A stretch of DNA of 64,000 nucleotides, taken from assembly GCA_963675525.2 (NCBI GenBank), contig CAXXSL010000013.1, positions 32,001 through 96,000 on the forward strand, written 5' to 3'. A program made the position numbers and the translations under genes. Below are positions 19,102-32,633 of the stretch, in pieces (the stretch's first letter is position 1; every line of letters starts with the position of its first letter). A model generated the notes under the pieces. That model did not search any database, was not told the DNA's origin, and was given only the letters and a program-made list of their open reading frames with translations. The stretch is from Anaerohalosphaeraceae bacterium (GTDB taxonomy: Bacteria > Planctomycetota > Phycisphaerae > Sedimentisphaerales > Anaerohalosphaeraceae).

Positions 19102-21288
19102 ATGGATAAAAAAATACACGCAAAACGAGGCGGTTTCACCCTTCCTGCACAGGCCGGAATGGATGATGTCGTTCTCGATCTGGCAAAACGCTGGGGCGCG
19201 GACGCCTTCCGTGACTCGGACGGGACCGTCCTTTCCGATTCGATCACTGAACTGGGCTGGGACATCTACTCAACCCTCTGCCTGATTCGCGCGGACCAGG
19301 AATGGAACAAGGCCCATCCTGAAGACAACCAGCAGAAGTACCTCTACTCCACACCGCAAACGGCACGCGAGTCAACCATGAAAATTGACATCCTTGCACG
19401 TTATTCAAACGAACAGTTTAAAATCGATGAAGTGAATGACTGCAAAAAATACTGGGAAGTCGTCAACCGGACCACCGGTCAGGTCGTTCCCGCGTCTGAC
19501 TGGGACTATGCCGACGGTATCGTCACGGTCAAGAACTGCACCCAATGGAATGTTTACGTCGTTAATTTTCTGGTTTACCAGATATGGGAAACCACCTCGA
19601 TGTACAACCACCTTACGAATAACTGGGACAAGCCGCATCAGTCCGGCATCGACCCCCGAAAGCCCGAGACACGCAAGCACATGGCCAAGTTCCTCGACAA
19701 GTGGCTCCAAACCCATCCGAACACAGATTGGGTACGTTTTACGTCCATGGCCTATCAGTTTCCGATCATCACCAACCCAAAGCACCAAACGCTCTATCAG
19801 GATTGGTACGGCTACCTTGACTGCATGTCCGCACAGGCACTTGACGAATTCGAAGCTAAGAAAGGTTACCGTCTCCGTCCCAATGACATCGTTGACAATG
19901 GTTACTTCAACTCTTCCAGCCGCGTGCCGACCAAGGCCTACCTCGACTGGATCGAATTCGTGCATGAGTTCCTGGTCGCGTTTTCCGGAGATTGCGTCAA
20001 ACAGGTTCACGATGCCGGCAAGAAAGCGATCCTCTTTTACTGCGACCACTGGATCGGCACCGAGCCCTATAAGCCGAAATTCCAGGACATCGGTTTCGAC
20101 GGGATCGTCGGCCCCTGCATCAACGGCCGTGAAGTTCGCCGTATTGCCGACATTCCGGGCGATCTGATCAAGGAACTACGTCTGTATCCTTACTTTTTCC
20201 CCGTGAACCTCATGAGCGAACCGTCCTTCAAGGAAGGCGGCGATCCTGTCGGCGAGTGCAAACGCTACTGGATGTGGATTCGCCGTGCCATGCTCCGCAA
20301 GCTCGTTCACCGAATCGGTTACGGCGGCTATCTTGATCTGGCGGTTAAATTCCCCGACTTCATCGACTACGTCGAGCATCAGACAAAGGAGTACTTCAAG
20401 ATTACTGAAAACACGCACTTTACGCCGGTTGAGAACGCACCGTTCAAAGTGGCGATCCTTAACGCCTGGGGGAAAGCGCGTTCCTGGGGCTTCGATCAGT
20501 CCTGGCCTCTCGGCGGGATCACCGAATCTCTGTCCGGCCAGCCTTTTGACCTGGAGTGGATATCTTTCGATGACATCAAGAAAAACGGAATTCCTAAAGA
20601 TGTGGGTGTCGTTATCAACCTCGGCGTTGCCGGCACTTCATGGAGCGGCGGCCATCACTGGAAAGATCCCCAGGTTGTTGCCATCATCCGTCAATGGGTT
20701 GACGCCGGCGGCGGTTTTCTCGGTATCATCGACCCGACCGCTTGTGAAAACGGCGGTGCCTACTACCAGTTGTGGGATATCCTCGGCGTTCAGAAAGAAA
20801 TCGGCCTCTCCGGCGACTGCAAGAAAGTGATATCCACGAACATCACGAAGGGCCATTTTCTCGCCGCTGACTTAGCCGGTACGAATCCCAGTCTCGGAAA
20901 GCATGTTCAAACGATCTATCCCTGCATCGAATGCACACAGATCATCGCCAAAGATGACGAGGGAAGCGTCACGATCGCCGCCAATGACTTCGGCACAGGC
21001 CGCGGTGTTTACCTCGCAGGTTTCCAGCTTGGCGCCGAGCAAAACCGTCTCCTGCAGCGAGCTATTTGGTACGCAGCAGGCAGAGAAAACGAAATGGCGA
21101 AAAAATGGTTCTCGACCAACATTGAAACCGAGATCGCCGGCTATCCCAAAACCCGTAAATATATTGTGATCAACAACTCGTATGAGCCGCAAACCACGAC
21201 GATTACCGATCAGAACGGCAACGAAAGAAAAGTCTCGCTCGAGGCCAACGCATCTAAATGGTTCGATTTCGATGGAAATGAGATTTAA
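19102..21288 (+). CDS. GH112 beta-galactoside phosphorylase (galactosyl-HexNAc or galactosyl-rhamnose phosphorylase family)
   Basis: WGADAFRDSDGT, MYNHLTNNW, VRFT, DHWIGTEPY (catalytic Asp), ELRLYPYFFP, RIGYGGYL. Confidence 0.93.
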   Translation: MDKKIHAKRGGFTLPAQAGMDDVVLDLAKRWGADAFRDSDGTVLSDSITELGWDIYSTLCLIRADQEWNKAHPEDNQQKYLYSTPQTARESTMKIDILARYSNEQFKIDEVNDCKKYWEVVNRTTGQVVPASDWDYADGIVTVKNCTQWNVYVVNFLVYQIWETTSMYNHLTNNWDKPHQSGIDPRKPETRKHMAKFLDKWLQTHPNTDWVRFTSMAYQFPIITNPKHQTLYQDWYGYLDCMSAQALDEFEAKKGYRLRPNDIVDNGYFNSSSRVPTKAYLDWIEFVHEFLVAFSGDCVKQVHDAGKKAILFYCDHWIGTEPYKPKFQDIGFDGIVGPCINGREVRRIADIPGDLIKELRLYPYFFPVNLMSEPSFKEGGDPVGECKRYWMWIRRAMLRKLVHRIGYGGYLDLAVKFPDFIDYVEHQTKEYFKITENTHFTPVENAPFKVAILNAWGKARSWGFDQSWPLGGITESLSGQPFDLEWISFDDIKKNGIPKDVGVVINLGVAGTSWSGGHHWKDPQVVAIIRQWVDAGGGFLGIIDPTACENGGAYYQLWDILGVQKEIGLSGDCKKVISTNITKGHFLAADLAGTNPSLGKHVQTIYPCIECTQIIAKDDEGSVTIAANDFGTGRGVYLAGFQLGAEQNRLLQRAIWYAAGRENEMAKKWFSTNIETEIAGYPKTRKYIVINNSYEPQTTTITDQNGNERKVSLEANASKWFDFDGNEI

Positions 21289-21366
21289 GGAATAGAATGA
21301 CGAAAATTTGAGCTTAAAACCGGCTCTTATTTCACTGTATATTTAGATTTTGGAAACAACCTATAA

Positions 21367-24537
<3,171 letters not shown>

Positions 24538-24579
24538 ATCGCTAAAAATTCTTTTTGAGAAGTCTTAGATATCAACCAT

Positions 24580-24613
24580 AAAAAAGGTTTGGGCTAAAAA
24601 CCCAAACCTTTTT
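24580..24613. terminator. Bidirectional intrinsic terminator
   Basis: aaaaaggtttggg-ctaaaaa-cccaaaccttttt between convergent genes. Confidence 0.85.
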
Positions 24614-24687
24614 CTATTTTAAAAGAAACCCAAAGCACCAGGAAACGTTCCGCTTTTTGGATCGTTAGTCAGGAGGGAGCAGGACTC

Positions 24688-26055
24688 TTATAATGCCTTT
24701 TCTAAAACATCCGTGATTTGAAGGTCCAGCGGTTCTACCTTCGACCCAAAATAACCGATCGTTTTTCCGTTCCTGTCGATCAGAAATTTATTGAAGTTCC
24801 AGGTAATGGACTTGCCAAATTCTCCGTTTTCTTCAGGGCTGGTCAGATACTGATAGAGGGGGTGAATATCCTTTCCCTTAACGGAGATCTTTGAAAACAT
24901 GGGAAAAGTAACATTGAACTTCGTTGAGCAGAAAGTCTTGATTTGAGAATCAGTGCCCGGTTCCTGCCCCATAAAGTTATTCGCAGGAAATCCCAGAACG
25001 ACAAAGCCCTGATCTTTATACTTTTCATAGAGTTTCTGTAAGTCTGCATATTGGTTGGTAAAACCGCATTTGCTGGCCGTGTTGACAACAAAGACCACTT
25101 TCCCCTGATACTGTGACAAGGAAACAGGATTTCCATCAATATCCGTCATTGTAAATGAATAGAATTTGCTTTGTATATCAGTCATATTCATAGAGTATAA
25201 TGATTTTCGGGCCGTAATAAACAGTGTTTTTTTCTCTTTTCCTCCAAAACAGACATTTGATGGGATTTCCGGAACCTGAATTGTTAGAATCAGCTTGCCC
25301 GTGGGGTCGTAAACCGTAACGGCCCGGGCTGTCAGATAAAGATTTCCACTCTCATCCAGCGTCATCCCGTCGGAACCCTGCTCAGCAAAAATCTTTTTGT
25401 CTGACACTGTTCCATCGGGGTTGACCTTATAGACATACGTCTTATTGGCTCCATGGTCAGCAACATACAGTGATTTTCCATCCGGCGTGCCGATCGCTCC
25501 ATTGGGTCTGACCATATCGTGAATAACGCGAATCACTTTTTTTTGGTCAGGAGAAAGATAATAGACATGCTCACCGTTCTGTGGAAGGTTTTCTCTATAC
25601 CCATATCTGGGATCCGTGAAATAAATCCCTCCTTGCGGGTCGATCCACAGGTCATTCGGGCTGTTAAAGGCTTTCCCTTCATAACTGTCAGCTAACACCG
25701 TTTTACTCCCCTGCGGGTCGATAGACACTATTTTTCCTGTCCCTCCTGCACAAACAATGAGATTCCCATCCTTATCAAAGAACAGTCCATTAGCACCTTC
25801 CGAGTTTTCCATAAAGGTCGATAGTGTGCCGTTAATAGACCATTTATGAATACGATTATTGGGAATATCGGAGAAATAGACATTCCCTTTCTTGTCGGCT
25901 GCCGGACCTTCTGTGAACTGAAAACCATCTGCAAGTTTTTGCACATTGGATTCAAAAAGAATCTTTTGATTGTCAGATCGCCCCTGACCATTAATCCCTG
26001 AAACAAGAAGTGTGATGAGGATAACAACAATGCCGATTTGATTAATCTTCATCAT
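24688..26055 (-). CDS. Exported fusion of SMP-30/gluconolactonase and Cys-type glutathione peroxidase
   Basis: Signal-like N-terminus; FTEGP, NSPNDL, RPNG, SDGM (SGL beta-propeller), then in-frame VNTASKCGFT, GFPANNFMGQEPG, FPMFSKI, WNFNKFL (GPx). Confidence 0.88.
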   Translation of the reverse strand: MMKINQIGIVVILITLLVSGINGQGRSDNQKILFESNVQKLADGFQFTEGPAADKKGNVYFSDIPNNRIHKWSINGTLSTFMENSEGANGLFFDKDGNLIVCAGGTGKIVSIDPQGSKTVLADSYEGKAFNSPNDLWIDPQGGIYFTDPRYGYRENLPQNGEHVYYLSPDQKKVIRVIHDMVRPNGAIGTPDGKSLYVADHGANKTYVYKVNPDGTVSDKKIFAEQGSDGMTLDESGNLYLTARAVTVYDPTGKLILTIQVPEIPSNVCFGGKEKKTLFITARKSLYSMNMTDIQSKFYSFTMTDIDGNPVSLSQYQGKVVFVVNTASKCGFTNQYADLQKLYEKYKDQGFVVLGFPANNFMGQEPGTDSQIKTFCSTKFNVTFPMFSKISVKGKDIHPLYQYLTSPEENGEFGKSITWNFNKFLIDRNGKTIGYFGSKVEPLDLQITDVLEKAL

Positions 26056-26090
26056 AAGCCCTTTCAAGAATGGGGGTGTTCCGTTCTCAT

Positions 26091-27008
26091 TCAGATATCT
26101 GCCTTCGCCTGCTTTTCAAAAATCGGATTCAATGTTGAGGCAAGAATCTTTAACTTTTCGAGTTGCTGCTGAGTCATTGGTTTGATATCAGCAAGCAGAT
26201 CTAGTGCCATATTAAAGAGCCGCTCATCTCCCGGCGGCAGTGCTGCTGTAACAGGCTGACTCAATGTAAAAGACATCGCCAGCTTTGCATCCTCACGGTC
26301 TGTGATGGGCTGATACCAGCATTTTGGATATTGTTTTCGTACTGGGTCATCCTCAGGAGCACGTTGGCGAGCTAACATTTTCAGGGCGAGAATCGCCATC
26401 TGCTTTTTTTGAGCTTTTTGCATCACTTCCGGACTGAAATTCCCTTTCAGATAACCGGCAAAATTGACAGGAAATAGTACCGAATCAAAATCATATCGTT
26501 TCATGGCCTCCATGGCCGCCGCACACGAGTGGGCAGAGAAACCCAAATAACGAATCCGTCCTTGTTTTTTTTCTTCCAGCAACAATTTCATCACCCCGTC
26601 GTCGGCAAAAGCCCGCTCCACATCTTCTTCGACATCGGTAATGGCATGGAGTTGGTAGAGATCGAAATGATCCGTTTTCATGTGCTTTAATGACACTTCA
26701 AATTCCTGCCTGGCAGCCGTGTAGTCTCTTTGAGTTGTTTTACAGGCCAAGAAGACATTCTTGCGATACGGTTTCAAGGCGGGCCCCAGTTTTGTTTCGG
26801 CTTCAGTCTCACCATAGCTGGGGGCGACGTCAAAGTAGTTAATCCCCCTTTCATAGGCCCGGGCAACGATACGATTCGCCTTGTCCTGCTCATGGCCCAT
26901 GGCGATAATGCCCCCAAATCCGATCACAGAAAGCATGATATCGGTTTTTCCATATCTGCGTTTTGGAATGAATCCCGGCTTGTGTTCTGAGTTTTTTTGT
27001 GATTTCAT
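26091..27008 (-). CDS. Aldo/keto reductase
   Basis: RRYGKTDIMLSVIGFGG, NYFDVAPSYG, LACKT, DLYQLHA, IRYLGFSAH (D-Y-K-H tetrad). Confidence 0.92.
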   Translation of the reverse strand: MKSQKNSEHKPGFIPKRRYGKTDIMLSVIGFGGIIAMGHEQDKANRIVARAYERGINYFDVAPSYGETEAETKLGPALKPYRKNVFLACKTTQRDYTAARQEFEVSLKHMKTDHFDLYQLHAITDVEEDVERAFADDGVMKLLLEEKKQGRIRYLGFSAHSCAAAMEAMKRYDFDSVLFPVNFAGYLKGNFSPEVMQKAQKKQMAILALKMLARQRAPEDDPVRKQYPKCWYQPITDREDAKLAMSFTLSQPVTAALPPGDERLFNMALDLLADIKPMTQQQLEKLKILASTLNPIFEKQAKADI

Positions 27009-27276
27009 GATTTCCCCAAAAGATTGAGCCGGTTTAGATTCAAGAAGAAGCATTGAATCAGAGTGTCCATTCGGAACACTTTATACAATGGGGATTATAT
27101 CGCCTTACCCCCTGATGTCAACTGCAATCTCGCACCTGCCGGTCGACATCAAAGCGGTAAGTATACAGGTGCCTGTAAAAAAGGTAAAACAATGGACATT
27201 CAACCATTTTTTGGTATGATACTGTCACGCTATTTTTTTCATCTATATAAATTTAACAGCAGAAAGGTCTAATAAA

Positions 27277-29667
27277 ATGACTCAAATTTCATATGTGAAA
27301 ATATCCCGTTTTTTTTGTGCTCTGATGTTAATCTCCTGTCCTTTGGTGTATGCCGGATCAGTGCAGGTTGTACCAACACCGAATCCACCGGGACAGCCGC
27401 AACCGGTGTTCGGAATCGAGGGCCGCAATTTTGTTTTTGACAGCAAACCGTCAGTCATTATCTCCGGGTCGGTTCATTATCCGCGTATTCCGCAGGCCTA
27501 CTGGCGTGACCGCCTGAAAAAAGCACGTGCGATGGGCCTCAATACGATCAGCACCTATGTCTTCTGGAATGCGCATGAAAAAACGCCAGGCGAATTCGAT
27601 TTTACCGGTAATTTGGATATCGCCGAATTCTGTAAGGTTGCACAGGAAGAAGGACTATGGGTAATCGTGCGGCCCAGTCCGTATGTGTGTTCGGAATGGG
27701 ATTTTGGGGGGTTGCCGGCATGGCTTTTGAAAGACCCGGACATGGAAGTGCGTACCAGCAATCCGAAGTTCCTGGAAGCGACGGGACGCTATCTGAAAGA
27801 GGTCGGCAAGCAACTTGCGCCGCTGCAGGCCTCCAAAGGCGGACCGATTATTATGGTGCAGGTCGAAAATGAGTATGCCGTTTTCGGAAATGACCGCAAA
27901 TACTACGAAACGATCAAGAACCAAACAGCAGAGGCATTTCCTGACGTGGTGCTGATCCACTGTGATTGGCCGCGGGATGACACGATCAAAGGCGGACATC
28001 TGGACGGTGTACTACCGACAATGAATTTCGGCGACAATCCGCAATGGGCGTTTGAACAGTTTGACCGTTTCTATCCGGACTTGCCGCGGATGTCCGGCGA
28101 GTTCTGGACGGGCTGGTTTGACCACTGGGGCGCACAGCACCACACGACCAGTGGCAAAGAAAAAGCCCGGCTGGTTGATTGGATGCTGGAAAACGCCATC
28201 TCGTTCAATCTATACATGTTCATTGGCGGCACAAATTTCGGTTTTACGTCCGGGGCAAACTGGTCGGGTAAATATAGCTGTGATACGACCAGCTACGATT
28301 ACTCAGCAAATCTTCACGAGGCCGGTAATCCGGCTGAAAAGTTTGTTGATTTTCGGGATGCGATATTGAAACACCTGCCGGAAGGGACGAAACTGCCCGA
28401 TCTGCCGAAGCCTATAGGACGCATTGAAATCCCGGAAATCAAAATGGCGCAGATGGCGTCGTTTATGCAGTTGCAGGGAAAAGCCTATACCGCGAATACC
28501 CCGACGTATATGGAAGCACTGGATCAGACACAAGGACTGATGCTGTACCGGGCGCATGTCAAGGGGCCAAAGATCGGCAGGTTGGAATTCACAACGGTCA
28601 AAGACCGGGCGATCGTGATGCTTGACGGCAAACGCGTCGGGACACTAGACCGGCGAAATGATAACGAGCGGGCCATGAAGATCGAAATCGGTGAAGGCAA
28701 TGTGGTTCTGGATGTCCTGGTCGAGAATATGGGGCATCTGAACTTTTCCCGCAACCTGATCACGGACCGCAAGGGTATTCCGGGCGAGGTGAAACTCAAT
28801 GGCGAGGTGTTGAGTGACTGGAAGATGTATTCATTCCCGTTGGATGATTTGAGCGGACTGACATTCGAGGCGGTTGAAACACCGAAGGACCAGATGCCGT
28901 ACTTTTATAAGGCGATGTTTAACCTCGAAAAAATCGGCGATACGTTCCTCGATATGCGAAGCTGGGGCAAGGGCATGGTTTGGGTAAACGGTTACAATCT
29001 CGGTCGGTACTGGGAGATCGGGCCGCAGCAGACGCTTTACATGCCGGGCTGCTGGCTGAAAGAAGGGACCAATGAGATCATTGTGCTTGATATCGAACCG
29101 CGCGAACATTATACGGTCAAGGGTCTGACCGAGCCGGTTTATGAACTTAAAACCTCAGTCAATTTGAAATACTATCGCAAACCGGGCCAGACCATTAAGC
29201 TTGACGCAAAAGATATTGTCTCCGAAGGTTCGTTCCATCCGGGAGCTACCGAGCAAAAGGTTGATTTCGGCAAGACCATCCCGACGCGATATATTTGCAT
29301 TGAGACATTAAATTCTCAGAATAACGATCAATACGCGTCAATTGCTGAAATTCATATGCTGGATGCCAAGGGGCAAAAGATCGACCGGAATCCATGGAAG
29401 GTGGTTTATGCCGACAGCGAAGAACTGGTCGGTCAGTCCGGGGGTGCAGATAACGTGATCGACGAACAGCCGGTGACGATCTGGCATACGCAGTGGGAAG
29501 GCGGCAGCACACCACCCCATCCGCATCAATTGGTGCTGGATATGGGCAAGGTTCAGGATGTTTCGGCGATGCTGTATCTGCCGCGGGCCGATAGCCGCAA
29601 CGGACGGATCAAGGATTATCGTATTTACGCCCGAAAAACGTCATTTGATGGACTTGACGACAAGTAA
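27277..29667 (+). CDS. GH35 beta-galactosidase with C-terminal F5/8-type C (CBM32-like) domain
   Basis: Signal peptide; HYPRIP, YVFWNAHE, QVENEY, SGEFWTGWFDHWG, GPQQTLY; C-terminal TIWHTQW...PHQLVLDMG. Confidence 0.95.
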   Translation: MTQISYVKISRFFCALMLISCPLVYAGSVQVVPTPNPPGQPQPVFGIEGRNFVFDSKPSVIISGSVHYPRIPQAYWRDRLKKARAMGLNTISTYVFWNAHEKTPGEFDFTGNLDIAEFCKVAQEEGLWVIVRPSPYVCSEWDFGGLPAWLLKDPDMEVRTSNPKFLEATGRYLKEVGKQLAPLQASKGGPIIMVQVENEYAVFGNDRKYYETIKNQTAEAFPDVVLIHCDWPRDDTIKGGHLDGVLPTMNFGDNPQWAFEQFDRFYPDLPRMSGEFWTGWFDHWGAQHHTTSGKEKARLVDWMLENAISFNLYMFIGGTNFGFTSGANWSGKYSCDTTSYDYSANLHEAGNPAEKFVDFRDAILKHLPEGTKLPDLPKPIGRIEIPEIKMAQMASFMQLQGKAYTANTPTYMEALDQTQGLMLYRAHVKGPKIGRLEFTTVKDRAIVMLDGKRVGTLDRRNDNERAMKIEIGEGNVVLDVLVENMGHLNFSRNLITDRKGIPGEVKLNGEVLSDWKMYSFPLDDLSGLTFEAVETPKDQMPYFYKAMFNLEKIGDTFLDMRSWGKGMVWVNGYNLGRYWEIGPQQTLYMPGCWLKEGTNEIIVLDIEPREHYTVKGLTEPVYELKTSVNLKYYRKPGQTIKLDAKDIVSEGSFHPGATEQKVDFGKTIPTRYICIETLNSQNNDQYASIAEIHMLDAKGQKIDRNPWKVVYADSEELVGQSGGADNVIDEQPVTIWHTQWEGGSTPPHPHQLVLDMGKVQDVSAMLYLPRADSRNGRIKDYRIYARKTSFDGLDDK

Positions 29668-29892
29668 TCAGCAGTCCGGCGCGGAGTGGGGAAAGCCGTT
29701 GGGTCGCACACCCGCATCGTCAATAAACGCTGCGGCCGGATAAGTCTTGTTATTGGGAAGTTCGTCTTTGTCTTGTAATAAATGCAAAAAAAGACAGTTT
29801 TAAGAAAGTTTTCTGTTAAACATTGCCGATTATTTAGTATTACAGTAGAAAAAACAGGATGTTAAATTAACACAAGAGAAAGGGAATGAAAT

Positions 29893-30210
29893 ATGAAAAA
29901 TGTTGGTTTGCTCGGAATATTGGCGGTATTTGTACTTTTGGCAGGATGTCAGGATACTCAACTAATGAATTGTCAACAGGAAAATCAAGTCTTGCAGACG
30001 CAATTGGATCAGGCCAATACCACTGTCGCCAAAAAAGACAAGATGATCGAAGACCTTAAAGGAGAGATTCAAGCTGTCAATCAAAAAGCCTTTGAGAGCA
30101 TTCGGACGATACTGGAGAAACAGAATACCAAGGATGTAGAGCTTAAAAACAAGCTCAAGGAAAAGGAAGCCCTGGTTAAAGAGCTTCAGCAAAAACTCGA
30201 AGCGATGTAG
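29893..30210 (+). CDS. Small coiled-coil lipoprotein
   Basis: Lipobox LLAGC followed by heptad-rich Q/K/E sequence. Confidence 0.75.
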   Translation: MKNVGLLGILAVFVLLAGCQDTQLMNCQQENQVLQTQLDQANTTVAKKDKMIEDLKGEIQAVNQKAFESIRTILEKQNTKDVELKNKLKEKEALVKELQQKLEAM

Positions 30211-30401
30211 GCCCCAGCAACAACAGACTGATATGGAAGCGGGCAAAATGTAAAGAATACAGTCAATCGTAAGATTTCTAACGGCGAATTTCTTCGGGAT
30301 TTCGCCGTTTTTTATTACGATTGGGTGGAAGATTATTGAACGGGTGTATCTACCCATTCAATTATTATCAACCCATCAATAGTAACGTCTAACAATCACA
30401 T

Positions 30402-31694
30402 CTATTCCAAGCCAATGACGTTGGCATTATTTTGCAGAATAAACGGCGGGCCTTCCTCTACATCAATCGTGACATTCTTTAATGTGACTTCAGCATTGCG
30501 AATCGTCAGTCCCTTCGGTGCGGTGATGTGGACATTCTCCAGGACCACGCCGGTCACAGGCGCCCCCGGCAGGCCGACAATGAAACCGGCATACTTGGGA
30601 CTGGTGGCCGTCAGGTTTTTGATATGGATATTGCGGTAAACAGGGGTTGTCGATGTAACAGGCTCATTCGTATCTTCGGCAGGGATTTTTGGATAGTAAG
30701 CGGTAATCTTAATCGGGGTCTTCACATTGGTCATGGTTATATCGCTATAGGAAATATCTTCCACAATGCCGCCTCTGCCTTGATAAGATTTGATGCGCAA
30801 TCCGTTATCCGTGTTCTCAAAAGTGATTCGCTCGACTTTGAGGTTTTTCACACCCCCTACGGTTTCACTGCCGATAGACAATCCATGCCCGTGGTAAAAT
30901 TTACAATCCGTAATAACGATATCTTCACAGGCGGCATCGGGATGAGCGGGATCCTGTCGCCCGGATTTAATGGCGACGTTGTCATCACCCACATCAATAT
31001 GGCAATTGGTGATGCGGACATGACGGGAGGTGCTGGGGTCTATCGCATCGGTATTGGGCGATTCATCGGGGTCAATAAACCTGACTCCATCAATGACGAC
31101 GTTTTCACAATCCTTAGGAACCAGGTGGAAACTGGGGGAACTTGTCATTGTGACACCCCGGATCTGCAGATTGGTGCATCTCTCCAGAATCACCATGCGC
31201 GGCCGACGCTGTGTCTCGGACCGCTTGGCTAATTTGGCTTCCAAGGCCGGCCCCCACCACCGCTGACCGGAGCCGTCAATTATCCCTTTTCCGATAATGG
31301 CCGCATTGGTCAGGTCCTTGCCGTTAATAAAGGCGATCACACTTCCGGGATTATTCGGTTTTTCAAAATCGGCCGGCTCATCGGTGGCTTTCAGAATGGC
31401 GCCTTCATCGAGCTGCAAGGTCGTCTCGCTTCGCAGGAAAATCGGTTTACTCAGATACGTGCCTGGGGTTAACTGTACGATGCCGCCTCCGGCTTTGCCG
31501 CAATCATCGAGGACTTTTTGAATAGCTTGCGTATCAAGCGTTACACCATCGCCTTTGGCGCCAAATTGACGCACATCAAAGATTTTTTGAGTTGCTGTTT
31601 CTGTTTCGGCAAATGCGGTTTTCTGGCATGTAAAGCCGGCTAAAACACATATACAAATCACCAAAACGAATCCTAAGCTTTTTTTACATCTCAT
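30402..31694 (-). CDS. GH28 polygalacturonase-family glycoside hydrolase, exported
   Basis: PNTDAID, GDDNVAIKSG, GHGLSIGSE, GLRIKS; signal peptide. Confidence 0.95.
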   Translation of the reverse strand: MRCKKSLGFVLVICICVLAGFTCQKTAFAETETATQKIFDVRQFGAKGDGVTLDTQAIQKVLDDCGKAGGGIVQLTPGTYLSKPIFLRSETTLQLDEGAILKATDEPADFEKPNNPGSVIAFINGKDLTNAAIIGKGIIDGSGQRWWGPALEAKLAKRSETQRRPRMVILERCTNLQIRGVTMTSSPSFHLVPKDCENVVIDGVRFIDPDESPNTDAIDPSTSRHVRITNCHIDVGDDNVAIKSGRQDPAHPDAACEDIVITDCKFYHGHGLSIGSETVGGVKNLKVERITFENTDNGLRIKSYQGRGGIVEDISYSDITMTNVKTPIKITAYYPKIPAEDTNEPVTSTTPVYRNIHIKNLTATSPKYAGFIVGLPGAPVTGVVLENVHITAPKGLTIRNAEVTLKNVTIDVEEGPPFILQNNANVIGLE

Positions 31695-31769
31695 AAATAA
31701 CGTCCTTTGATAAATGTTTTATTCGACGTTTCTCATTTACATGGCAAAAACGCCAACCATCATTTTGAA

Positions 31770-31843
31770 TACGCCCGCCGTGATTCGAACACGGGACCTT
31801 CGGTTTAGGAAACCGATGCTCTATCCGACTGAGCTACGAGCGC
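31770..31843 (-). tRNA. tRNA-Arg(CCT)
   Basis: GCGCTCGTAGCTCAGTCGGATAGAGCATCGGTTTCCTAAACCGAAGGTCCCGTGTTCGAATCACGGCGGGCGTA folds as a cloverleaf with anticodon CCT; CCA not encoded. Confidence 0.96.
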
Positions 31844-31928
31844 AGCATTATTACCGCCGACAGTTTAACGGATAAGCGATCGGATTTCAATGGTTCTTTA
31901 TGACGTGTCCACAAAAGAAATCCCTTCT

Positions 31929-32414
31929 CTAAGGAAGGATCTTTTGATTCCTCAAGTCGCTCAAATGCTCAAGATAGGCTTGAACGCCTCCCTCAATATA
32001 ACCCGTCCGGGCGTATGGCCGACCGTTTGCATCAGCCAAAAAGACGGTGGGAAAGCCCTCAACTGCAAATTGCTCCGACAAAACTTGATTTTGTTTTTGC
32101 AACTCAGCACTTTGCCGGGAAGTGTCGTTTGGAAAATCAACCACCGCAAATACAAAATTCTTGCCCGCTTGGCGGATAAACTCTTGTTTTGAAAAGACCT
32201 CTTTATCCAGTTTCTTGCACCAATAACACCAGTCTGACCCGGAAAAATTGATCAGTATATCCTTGCCCTCGGCCCCAGCGGTCTGCTTAGCCTTTTCAAA
32301 ATCCGTAAACCAGTGCTTTGGCATTGATGCCGCATCTGTCGTTTTCCCACATCCGGCAAAAAAAATTATTGCAATAACCTGAAATAGAACGAAAATCCGA
32401 ATAAATCTATACAT
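31929..32414 (-). CDS. Thioredoxin-family lipoprotein
   Basis: Lipobox FAGC; FSGSDWCYWCKKL, cis-Pro GFPT. Confidence 0.9.
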   Translation of the reverse strand: MYRFIRIFVLFQVIAIIFFAGCGKTTDAASMPKHWFTDFEKAKQTAGAEGKDILINFSGSDWCYWCKKLDKEVFSKQEFIRQAGKNFVFAVVDFPNDTSRQSAELQKQNQVLSEQFAVEGFPTVFLADANGRPYARTGYIEGGVQAYLEHLSDLRNQKILP

Positions 32415-32556
32415 TATTACCTCTCGGGCTTAAATATCTTTATTTTCTCCAAATTACTATGCCCAATATCCTATTTTGTTCGCCGACTTTCATGGAAACT
32501 TGCGGTTTACGCGATAATACTGAAAAAAACATCTTAATTGCCGAAAATTTAAGAAC

Positions 32557-32585
32557 TTGACGCTTCCTCGGCAGAACGGTACAAT
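32557..32585 (+). promoter_or_regulatory. Sigma70-like promoter of tatA
   Basis: TTGACG-N17-TACAAT. Confidence 0.6.
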
Positions 32586-32633
32586 GAATATTATATAATA
32601 ACAATAGCCTTTAATTTGGAAGGATATACAAAC

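Noticed and set aside
25066..25068. Selenocysteine in the GPx domain
   Set aside because: The peroxidatic codon is TGC (Cys), not TGA
29676..29742. GC-rich segment bounded by tccggc...gccgga after GH35, a possible structured RNA
   Set aside because: Only the short outer stem is convincing and it matches no RNA family I recognise; would need Infernal or covariation evidence
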